Assembly: GCA_035495615.1 (NCBI GenBank)
Contig: DATJFP010000036.1
Coordinates: forward strand, 6,795 to 70,794
Reading direction: 5' to 3'
DNA from: Verrucomicrobiia bacterium
GTDB lineage: Bacteria; Omnitrophota; Omnitrophia; Omnitrophales; Aquincolibacteriaceae
DNA length: 64,000 bases
Made by a program: the position numbers and the translations under genes. The first letter of the stretch is position 1. Each line of letters opens with the position of its first letter. The notes below the pieces were generated by a model. That model was not told where the DNA came from and did no database searches. It saw only the letters and a program-made list of their open reading frames with translations. This document shows, in pieces, positions 10,061 through 20,067 of this stretch.

Positions 10061-10137
10061 GTCGGGTCGAAATCTGTTAGTCTTCTCCGTGCATCCTGCG
10101 GGAAGATTCCCGGGCGGGAAAAAATGGCGAGGTCAAA

Positions 10138-10818
10138 GTGAAACGGCATTTCGAAGACGAACTCAAAACGCTCAAAGAAAAACTTTTTCGCATGGGGCTT
10201 CTCGTTGAAGAAGCCATCCGCAAGGCCACCGAAGCTCTCTTTGAACGCGATTCCAAAAAGGCTCTGGAAGTCATCAAGCACGACCAGGAGATCAACCTCC
10301 AGGAAATCGAGATCGACGAGGCCGGCCACGAATTTATCGCCCTTTACCAGCCCGCCGCCGCCGACCTGCGGCTCATCACCATGGTCCTCAAGATCAACAA
10401 TGACCTCGAGCGCATGGGGGACCAGGCGGTCAACATCGCCGAAAAAGCGCTCATCATCAACCAGGAACCGCCTCTCAGCAAGCCTTCGCGGGACCTGGTG
10501 AAGCTCACCGAAGCCGCGCTCAAGATCGTCCGCGACGCGCTGGACTCTTTCATGGAGACGGATCCGGCCAAGGCCAAGGAAATCCTCGAGCGCGACGACA
10601 TGATCGACGACCTGAACGACCAGCTCTACGACGAAGTCCAGAAGATCATGCAGGAAAACGTGGGCTGCGTGCGCGCGGGCGTCAGCCTCATCATGGTGTG
10701 CCACAACCTCGAGCGTGTCGGAGACCTGGCGACGAACATCGCCGAAGACGTCATTTACGTGAAGCGAGGCATCGACGTTCGCCACCACATTCGCGAAAGG
10801 CGCGCGGAAAACACCTGA
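10138..10818 (+). CDS. phoU: Phosphate transport system regulator PhoU
   Basis: Two PhoU repeats (DLRLITMVLKINNDLERMGDQAVNIAE and VSLIMVCHNLERVGDLATNIAEDVIY). GTG start at 10138. Confidence 0.85.
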   Translation: MKRHFEDELKTLKEKLFRMGLLVEEAIRKATEALFERDSKKALEVIKHDQEINLQEIEIDEAGHEFIALYQPAAADLRLITMVLKINNDLERMGDQAVNIAEKALIINQEPPLSKPSRDLVKLTEAALKIVRDALDSFMETDPAKAKEILERDDMIDDLNDQLYDEVQKIMQENVGCVRAGVSLIMVCHNLERVGDLATNIAEDVIYVKRGIDVRHHIRERRAENT

Positions 10819-10916
10819 GCCTCTTCCCGTCCCTTCTTCCCGGGCGTCCGTTTTTTTTCATCGCAACCCCACTCCTTCGAATGGTTTAAGCAGTCTAGAC
10901 AAATCTACTCGCCTGA

Positions 10917-12407
<1,491 letters not shown>

Positions 12408-12425
12408 TCTTCCGAAGAATTCTCC

Positions 12426-13352
12426 ATGAAAAAATTCTACAACTCCATCCAGGATGAAATCCAGGCGCTGAAACAGGAACGCCGCGCCGTGATCCTGGCC
12501 CACAATTACCAGATCGCCGAAATCCAGGACATCGCGGACTTCACCGGAGACTCGCTCCGGCTCGCGCAGGAAGCCAAGAAAACCGACGCGGAAGTGATCC
12601 TTTTCTGCGGCGTGCATTTCATGGCCGAAACCGCCAGCATCCTTTGCCCGGACAAGAAAGTGCTCGTCCCGGACCTGGAAGCCGGCTGCTCGCTGGCCGA
12701 CATGGTGCTGCCCGAAGACATCCGCAAATGGAAAGCCGGGCATCCGAACGGCGTCGTGGTCTGCTACATTAATACGTCCGCCGCGGTAAAGGCCGAATGC
12801 GATTACTGCTGCACGTCCGCGAACGCGGAAAAAGTCGTGCGCGCGATTCCCGCGGACAAGGAAGTCCTTTTCGTGCCCGATTATTTTCTCGGCACATTCG
12901 TCAAGCGCAAGACCGGCCGGCAGAACATGGAATTGTGGAAAGGTTATTGCCCGACGCATGTCATGATCCAGTCGGAAGCGATCGATAAGATCAAGCATGA
13001 CAATCCCGGCGCGGAATTTCTCATGCACCCGGAATGCGGCTGCATGACGAAATCCATGGAATACGCGGACAAGGTGCTTTCCACCGAAGGCATGGTGAAG
13101 TACGCGAACGAATCACCGTGCGGGAAATTCATCGTGGCGACCGAAACCGGCATCCTTCACCGCATGCGCAAAGACAATCCCGGCAAACAGTTTATCCCGG
13201 CGTCGTCGCACGCCGTTTGCAGCTACATGAAAATGAACACGCTCGAAAAAGTCGTGGCCAGCCTGGAAAATCTCCAGTACGAGGTGAAGGTGCCCGAAGA
13301 GCTCGCGCGCAAGGCCTACCGCTGCATCGAGCGCATGATGGAAATCGTATGA
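12426..13352 (+). CDS. nadA: Quinolinate synthase NadA
   Basis: ILAHNYQ, FCGVHFMAETA and HPECGC motifs; ~308 aa. Confidence 0.9.
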   Translation: MKKFYNSIQDEIQALKQERRAVILAHNYQIAEIQDIADFTGDSLRLAQEAKKTDAEVILFCGVHFMAETASILCPDKKVLVPDLEAGCSLADMVLPEDIRKWKAGHPNGVVVCYINTSAAVKAECDYCCTSANAEKVVRAIPADKEVLFVPDYFLGTFVKRKTGRQNMELWKGYCPTHVMIQSEAIDKIKHDNPGAEFLMHPECGCMTKSMEYADKVLSTEGMVKYANESPCGKFIVATETGILHRMRKDNPGKQFIPASSHAVCSYMKMNTLEKVVASLENLQYEVKVPEELARKAYRCIERMMEIV

Positions 13353-14443
13353 TCGAAAGAAAGAAAACGCGGCAGGTGAGCATCGGCGGCGTGACCGTCG
13401 GCGGCGACGCTCCCATTCGCATCCAGTCCATGTGCACGACGCACACGCGCGACGTGGAAGCGACAGTCGACCAGATCCACCAGCTGACGGAAGCCGGCTG
13501 CGAAATCGTCCGCGTGGCCTGTCCCACGGAAGAAGACGCGCGCGCGCTCGGCAAAATCCGCAGCCGCATCAAGATCCCGCTTGTCGCCGACATCCACTTC
13601 AATTACCGCTTCGCGCTGATCGCGCTCGACGAAGGCGTGGACAAATTGCGCCTGAACCCCGGCAACATCGGCAAGAAAGAACGTACGGTCGAGATCGTGC
13701 AGAAGGCGAAGGCCCGCAAAGTCCCGATCCGTATCGGCGTGAACGGCGGCTCGCTGGAAAAAGACCTGATGGAAAAATACGGGCCCACGCCCGAAGCGCT
13801 GGTCGAAAGCGCCAAGCGCCACGTCCAAATCCTCGAAGAACTCGATTTTCACGACATCATTCTCTCGCTCAAGGCTTCCGATGTTCCGACCATGGTCGCG
13901 ACGTATCGTCTCGCCAGCCAGACGTTCGATTATCCGCTGCATCTGGGCGTGACCGAGGCCGGCACGCTGCTGCGCGGCAGCGTTTACAGCGCCATCGGCA
14001 TCGGCATGCTGCTGCACGACGGCATCGGCGACACGATCCGCGTTTCGCTGACGGCCGAATCGGTCGAGGAGCTGAAAGTCGGCAAAATGATTTTGGAAGC
14101 GCTCAACATCCGCAAGGGCGTGCGCGTGATTTCCTGCCCGAGCTGCGGCCGCGCGGAAGTCGACGTGTTTAAGCTCGCGGCGCAGGTCGAAGACCGCGCC
14201 ATGAAATTGAACGATCCCATGACGATCTCGGTGCTTGGCTGCGTCGTGAATGGCCCGGGCGAAGCTCATGAATCCGATTTCGGCGTGACCGGCGGCAAAG
14301 ACAAGGGCATGATCTACATCGACGGCAAGCAGCATCGCGTGGTCGATGAAAATGCGCTGGTCGACGAACTTTTCAAGGAAATCGACGCCAAGAAGAACGC
14401 CCCTTCGAATACTGCAGACTCGACCGCCGCTCCCAAGGAATAA
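13349..14443 (+). CDS. ispG: 4-hydroxy-3-methylbut-2-en-1-yl diphosphate synthase IspG (GcpE)
   Basis: VSIGGVTVGGDAPIRIQSM, RVACP, LNPGNIG, and C-terminal Fe-S motif ISCPSCGR...LGCVVNGPGE. Start ATG at 13349 overlaps the nadA stop (ATGA). The track ORF from 13034 is an upstream in-frame extension. Confidence 0.9.
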   Translation: MIERKKTRQVSIGGVTVGGDAPIRIQSMCTTHTRDVEATVDQIHQLTEAGCEIVRVACPTEEDARALGKIRSRIKIPLVADIHFNYRFALIALDEGVDKLRLNPGNIGKKERTVEIVQKAKARKVPIRIGVNGGSLEKDLMEKYGPTPEALVESAKRHVQILEELDFHDIILSLKASDVPTMVATYRLASQTFDYPLHLGVTEAGTLLRGSVYSAIGIGMLLHDGIGDTIRVSLTAESVEELKVGKMILEALNIRKGVRVISCPSCGRAEVDVFKLAAQVEDRAMKLNDPMTISVLGCVVNGPGEAHESDFGVTGGKDKGMIYIDGKQHRVVDENALVDELFKEIDAKKNAPSNTADSTAAPKE

Positions 14444-14446
14444 TCC

Positions 14447-15535
<1,089 letters not shown>

Positions 15536-15611
15536 TTCCGGCCCCATTTGCTAAAATGGCGGACGCCGAGCATACTTACAACAGCAGTGAACCCGCAGTT
15601 CAACCCCTGTT

Positions 15612-16652
15612 TTGAACATGAGAGACCACAGCCGGTACCAGCGTCAGATGATTCTGAAAGAAATTGGACGCGAGGGCCAGCGCCTTTTGGATCAGTCCTG
15701 CGTCGCCGTCGTCGGGCTCGGAGCCCTGGGATCGGTTTCCGCCAACCTGCTCGCCCGCGCGGGCGTCGGGCATCTGGTCGTGATCGACCGCGATTTCCTC
15801 GAAATCAATAACCTGCAGCGCCAGGTCCTCTACGACGAAAAGGACCTTTCCCAAAACCTTCCGAAGGCCGTGATCGCGGCGCGGAAGCTGCGCGACATCA
15901 ATTCCGAAATCATGATCGAGGAAAAAGTCGCGGACGTGAACCCTCTTTCCATCCACGAAGTCCTGGACGGTGTCGACCTCATCGTGGACGGCACGGACAA
16001 TTTCGAGACTCGGTTCCTGCTGAACGACTACGCGATTTCCAAACAGATTCCCTGGATTTACGGAGGCGCGGTCAGGACCGAAGGCATGACGTACGTGGTC
16101 CTGCCGGATGATCCGCCGTGCCTGCGATGCCTTTTCGGCGAAGTGCCGCCGCACAAAGACATGCAGACCTGCGATCAGGTGGGCATCCTCGCGCCCGTCG
16201 CGCACATGGTCGCCTCGTTCCAGGCGACGGAGGCCATCAAGATCCTTGCGGGAAAACAGGCCGCGGTCGAGCGCAAACTCTGGAAAGTCGACGTCTGGCA
16301 CCGCCACTTCAAGACGATTTCCGTGTCGCACCTGAAAGCCAATCCGTGCACCGGCTGCCGCGGCGGCCATCTTCCTTACCTGGACGACGAGGCCCCGGCC
16401 ACGCGCGGCGTTACGCTCTGCGGCCGGAACGCGGTCCAGATTTACCAGACCGTGCAGCAAGAGCTGAATTTCAAGGCCCTCGCCAGCCGGCTGGAGCACC
16501 AGGCGGAAGTCACATTCAACGAATACCTGCTCAACATCCGCACTCCCGACCCGTACGAAATTACCGTTTTCAAGAACGGGCGGGCCATCATCAAAGGCAC
16601 CGAGGACATGGGCCGCGCCAAAAGCCTCTACGCCAAATACCTCGGCTGCTGA
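15612..16652 (+). CDS. ThiF/MoeB/HesA-family E1-like adenylyltransferase with C-terminal extension
   Basis: Nucleotide-binding GLGALGS, catalytic region, Zn-binding CxxC pairs (CLRC, CTGC); ~100-aa C-terminal extension of unknown function. Confidence 0.75.
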   Translation: MNMRDHSRYQRQMILKEIGREGQRLLDQSCVAVVGLGALGSVSANLLARAGVGHLVVIDRDFLEINNLQRQVLYDEKDLSQNLPKAVIAARKLRDINSEIMIEEKVADVNPLSIHEVLDGVDLIVDGTDNFETRFLLNDYAISKQIPWIYGGAVRTEGMTYVVLPDDPPCLRCLFGEVPPHKDMQTCDQVGILAPVAHMVASFQATEAIKILAGKQAAVERKLWKVDVWHRHFKTISVSHLKANPCTGCRGGHLPYLDDEAPATRGVTLCGRNAVQIYQTVQQELNFKALASRLEHQAEVTFNEYLLNIRTPDPYEITVFKNGRAIIKGTEDMGRAKSLYAKYLGC

Positions 16653-16758
16653 TCCCGGATTTTCGCGGTCCCAAGAACTTCGCTTCACCTTCCCATGCCT
16701 TTGTGCTAGTTTATTGCATCGGCCGGACGGCCTGACCACCATCAAAGAGGACGGACTC

Positions 16759-17232
16759 ATGGATAAAGTGATTTTGACGCGTGAAGGTTTCGACAAGCTG
16801 GTTGAAGAATTGACTTTTTTGAAGGGAAAGAAACGGATCGAAGTGGCCAATGCCCTTGAAGTGGCCCGCGCTCACGGCGACCTGCGCGAAAATTCCGAAT
16901 ACGACGCGGCCAAGGAAGCCAAGGCGCGCCTTGAAGAGCGCATTGCCGCGCTCGAAGACAAGCTTTCCCGCGCGAAAGTCGTGGACCCGCAGTCCATGCA
17001 GCACGACAAGGCCTTCCTCGGCGCCAAGCTCAAAGTGAAGAACCATCACAGCGGAGACACGTTTGTGTATATGCTGGTTTCTCAGGACGAAGCGGATTTC
17101 GCTGCCGGCAAGATTTCCGTGACTTCTCCCATCGGCAAGGGGCTTCTCGGAAAGGCCGTAAAAGAAACCGTCGAGATCAAAATCCCGGCGGGCACCATCA
17201 AGCTGGAAGTTATCGAAATCACTTACGGCTGA
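16759..17232 (+). CDS. greA: Transcription elongation factor GreA
   Basis: LTREGFDKLVEEL...GDLRENSEYDAAKE (GreA coiled-coil N-domain) and C-terminal FKBP-like domain (SPIGKGLLGK); RBS AAGAGGA upstream. Confidence 0.9.
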   Translation: MDKVILTREGFDKLVEELTFLKGKKRIEVANALEVARAHGDLRENSEYDAAKEAKARLEERIAALEDKLSRAKVVDPQSMQHDKAFLGAKLKVKNHHSGDTFVYMLVSQDEADFAAGKISVTSPIGKGLLGKAVKETVEIKIPAGTIKLEVIEITYG

Positions 17233-17234
17233 TC

Positions 17235-18038
17235 ATGTTTTACCTTCTGGCCCCGCTTTACTCACTGTTCAGCGTGGATTTTTACCGCCTTATTCTCCGC
17301 CGCCGCCTTTCCTCCGGTTTCATTCACCTGCTCGTCCTCAGCACTCTCAGTCTCATCATCGTCCTGGTCTTTTCCTTCACGCGGCTTTTGCCCGGCATCA
17401 ACCGCTTCGCCTCGTGGCTCGAGAACGAATTGCCGCCGATGACGTGGACGCCGGAAGGCCTGGTCATGAACGCCCGCAGCCCGCTGAACCTCGTGCATCC
17501 CGATTACGGGCTCCTGGCCACGCTCGACATGACCCAGAACGAGGTCGAGCCTGAAGCGCTGGGCGATGCGCCGGTTTTCGTGACCTCGAAAAAACTCTAT
17601 CTCAATTTTGGCGACAACGACATCCGTTCCTACGACCTGACGAGCCCTCCGGAGAAAGTCCCGCAGGACAAGCTGGTTCTTCAAATCGACGGGGAATTTA
17701 TCCGGTCCATGGCGCGTGCCGCCAAGCCTTTTATAATCGGCGCGGCGGGCGTCCTTGCAATCCCGTTTTTTTTCCTGCTCCGCCTGGCCGAGGCTTTTGC
17801 CGCGTCCGGCATCGGCATGCTGATCAACCGTCTGCGGAAGCTGCCGCTTTCGTACGCGCAGGTATTCACGTGCTCATGCTACGCGCTGACCCTGGCTTCG
17901 ATTCTCGAATTGCGCGGCCTGATTCTCCCGGTTTTTTCGGCGGTCCCTTTCGGCTTGCCCGGAACGCTGCTCGTGACGGGCGCTTACCTTTTCCTGGCGG
18001 TCAAGAAAACGGAAATGAAGATCCCCGAAAGCTTGTGA
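17235..18038 (+). CDS. Hypothetical integral membrane protein
   Basis: Several predicted TM helices (LLVLSTLSLIIVLVFSF, IIGAAGVLAIPFFFLL, LLVTGAYLFLAV); no motif recognised. Confidence 0.5.
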   Translation: MFYLLAPLYSLFSVDFYRLILRRRLSSGFIHLLVLSTLSLIIVLVFSFTRLLPGINRFASWLENELPPMTWTPEGLVMNARSPLNLVHPDYGLLATLDMTQNEVEPEALGDAPVFVTSKKLYLNFGDNDIRSYDLTSPPEKVPQDKLVLQIDGEFIRSMARAAKPFIIGAAGVLAIPFFFLLRLAEAFAASGIGMLINRLRKLPLSYAQVFTCSCYALTLASILELRGLILPVFSAVPFGLPGTLLVTGAYLFLAVKKTEMKIPESL

Positions 18039-18042
18039 CGAA

Positions 18043-18921
18043 TTATTCCTGCGTCGGGCAGGTGCTTTCGTCGCGCGCGCCCCAGTAGGAAAGCAGGCTG
18101 CCGCCGCCGAGAATGAGGATCATGCCCGTGAGCGAGGCGGGCGACAGGGTTTCTCCCCAAAAGAAGAGGCCGTAGAGAAAGGAAAGCAGCGGGGTCAGAT
18201 AAGAAAACGGGCTGACGAAAGACGCCGGGGCCCGGCGCAGGGCGCGCGTCATCCAAAGCTGCCCCCAGAAAGCGCCCGCGGCCACGCCCAGCAGGGCAAG
18301 CAGGTCTCCGGTTCCCGGCCATTGGAACGAACGGAAGAGAAATGGAAGCGAACCGAGCGTCGAGACCAGCGTGAAATAAAAAATGATGGTCAGCGATGAC
18401 TCACGGCCCTTCAGCGACGCGATCGTCACGTAAGCGATCGCCGAGAACACGGCTGACAGCACCCCCCAGAAAAAATTCATGTTCCATCCTCCGGCATCGC
18501 CGTGCAGCAGGAGATAAAGCCCGGCGAAACAGACGCACACGAGCACGGCCAGCATGGGGCGCACCTTTTCTTTCAGGAAGACGGCCGAAAAAAGGACGAC
18601 GAAAAGCGGCGCCGAATAATTGAGCAGGACTGCGGTGCCCAGCGGCATGCGGCCGATCGTGTAGAAGTGCAGCGACAGCGCGAGAAATCCTGTCACGCCG
18701 CGCATCACGAGCGCGGCTTTGTGGCGTCCCCAGACCGGAATGGCATTCATCTTCATCAGCGGTACGAGGACGAGCACGCTGAGAAAACTGCGCGTGAAGA
18801 CGATTTCCATGCTGGGGACGCGCGGGCTGGCCAGCTTGACGCAAAGGGCCATGACCGAAAAGGCAAACGCCGCACGGACCATGAGGAAGACGCTCGCAAG
18901 ATGATCTTTTGAGAATTTCAT
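18043..18921 (-). CDS. EamA/DMT-family transporter
   Basis: 10-TM profile with duplicated EamA-type repeats; 292 aa. Confidence 0.7.
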   Translation of the reverse strand: MKFSKDHLASVFLMVRAAFAFSVMALCVKLASPRVPSMEIVFTRSFLSVLVLVPLMKMNAIPVWGRHKAALVMRGVTGFLALSLHFYTIGRMPLGTAVLLNYSAPLFVVLFSAVFLKEKVRPMLAVLVCVCFAGLYLLLHGDAGGWNMNFFWGVLSAVFSAIAYVTIASLKGRESSLTIIFYFTLVSTLGSLPFLFRSFQWPGTGDLLALLGVAAGAFWGQLWMTRALRRAPASFVSPFSYLTPLLSFLYGLFFWGETLSPASLTGMILILGGGSLLSYWGARDESTCPTQE

Positions 18922-18962
18922 GGCAGCATGATAGCAGGGAACGGCAGGAGCCGGAAAAAATC

Positions 18963-19610
18963 ATGAAAGAAACCGCGGAGCAAAAAAAGAAAAGGGCAGC
19001 CCGTATCATGGTCCGGCTCGAAAATGCCTATCCTGATGCCGAGTGCGCCCTTGTTTTTTCCAATCCACTCGAGCTGATGGTGGCCACGATCCTGTCCGCT
19101 CAGTGTACGGACAAGCGCGTGAACATGGTCACGCCCGCGCTTTTCAAAAAATTTCCCGCCGCGAAAGATTACGCGGAAGCGCCGCTTCCGGAACTCGAAA
19201 GCCTGATCAAGAGCACGGGCTTTTACAAAAACAAAGCCAAGAACATCCAGGGCGCGGCGCGCGAAATCACGGTGCGCTTTGGCGGCGAGGTTCCCGCGAA
19301 GCTCGAAGACCTCGTCACGCTTCCAGGCGTCGGAAGGAAAACCGCGAACGTGGTTCTCGGCAATGCCTACGGCATTCCCGGTATCACCGTCGATACGCAC
19401 ATGATCCGCCTGAACAACCGCCTCGGCCTGACCCGGCAAAAAGACCCGGTTAAGATCGAGCAGGACCTCATGCCGCTTGTCCCGCAGAAGCATTGGACCC
19501 AGTATTCCCACCTCATCATCCACCACGGCCGCGCCCGCTGCTTTGCCCGCAAGCCCGATTGTCCGGGCTGCGAGCTCAAGGACCTCTGCCCTTCTGCCTT
19601 TAAAGTTTGA
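18963..19610 (+). CDS. nth: Endonuclease III (Nth)
   Basis: HhH-GPD motif LPGVGRKTANVVL, catalytic region, and C-terminal 4Fe-4S cluster loop CxxxxxxCxxCxxxxxC (CFARKPDCPGCELKDLC). Confidence 0.9.
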   Translation: MKETAEQKKKRAARIMVRLENAYPDAECALVFSNPLELMVATILSAQCTDKRVNMVTPALFKKFPAAKDYAEAPLPELESLIKSTGFYKNKAKNIQGAAREITVRFGGEVPAKLEDLVTLPGVGRKTANVVLGNAYGIPGITVDTHMIRLNNRLGLTRQKDPVKIEQDLMPLVPQKHWTQYSHLIIHHGRARCFARKPDCPGCELKDLCPSAFKV

Positions 19611-19789
19611 TCTAACTTTAAGCTAGCCCATAGCTTAAATGAAAGCTCCAACCCCGCTCCGGAAAACTATCAATTCATAACATCCTTAAAAAATAAAGAT
19701 CAATAGCTTGCAATGCCATTCTTATTTATGTAACTTTTAAAAAGAAGCCGTCTACTTCTGACGGCCCGACTCGAAAGGAAATCACAGTC

Positions 19790-20038
19790 ATGGACAATGA
19801 ACAAAGTTCTCCGATCGATCCGGCTTCCAAAGCGCCAGCGGAAATCATGACGCTGCAGGAGGTCGCGGATTATCTGGGGCTTCATTACCTGACCATCTAC
19901 CGTCTTATCCAGGAGCGCAAGATCCCGGCCGCTAAAATCGGAGGAAGCTGGCGTTTTCGGAAAGATGTTCTGGATGAATGGATCAAGAACGACATGCATC
20001 GCCGGTTTAAAAACAACCGGTCCAAGCGCGTCGCCTGA
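19790..20038 (+). CDS. Excisionase-family helix-turn-helix DNA-binding protein (HTH_17/MerR-like)
   Basis: MTLQEVADYLGLHYLTIYRLIQERKIPAAKIGGSWRFRKDVLDEW matches the excisionase/Xis-type HTH. Preceded by a 180-bp AT-rich spacer. Confidence 0.7.
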   Translation: MDNEQSSPIDPASKAPAEIMTLQEVADYLGLHYLTIYRLIQERKIPAAKIGGSWRFRKDVLDEWIKNDMHRRFKNNRSKRVA

Positions 20039-20067
20039 TCCCAACGGAAGACAGGTTAAGTCGCAAG

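Noticed and set aside
7855-10788. 977-aa minus-strand ORF, with similar long antisense ORFs at 3511..5397, 6307..7683, 10905..13028, 13316..15148, 15600..16850, 20092..22383, 24005..26593, 28493..30658, 30670..31833, 31818..32984, 32993..34468, 34224..35498, 36085..37224, 40585..41781, 41666..42733, 44138..46837, 46967..49687, 56541..57824, 59992..62853
   Set aside because: Their translations are low-complexity Arg/Ala/Gly/His-rich with no domain signatures. They lie exactly antisense to well-supported + strand genes, which is typical of stop-codon depletion in high-GC DNA.
10838-10860. Intrinsic terminator after phoU (T8 run at 10851-10858)
   Set aside because: No convincing GC-rich stem could be paired upstream of the T-run; left unannotated.
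13034-13348. Long N-terminal extensions in the ORF track (ispG from 13034, class-V aminotransferase from 30001, REC-PAS regulator from 23140, CheY from 26382, ispH from 41660, gltB from 44057)
   Set aside because: The upstream parts overlap the preceding genes and lack homology. Internal ATG/GTG starts immediately after the upstream stop give standard-length proteins, often with ATGA overlaps.
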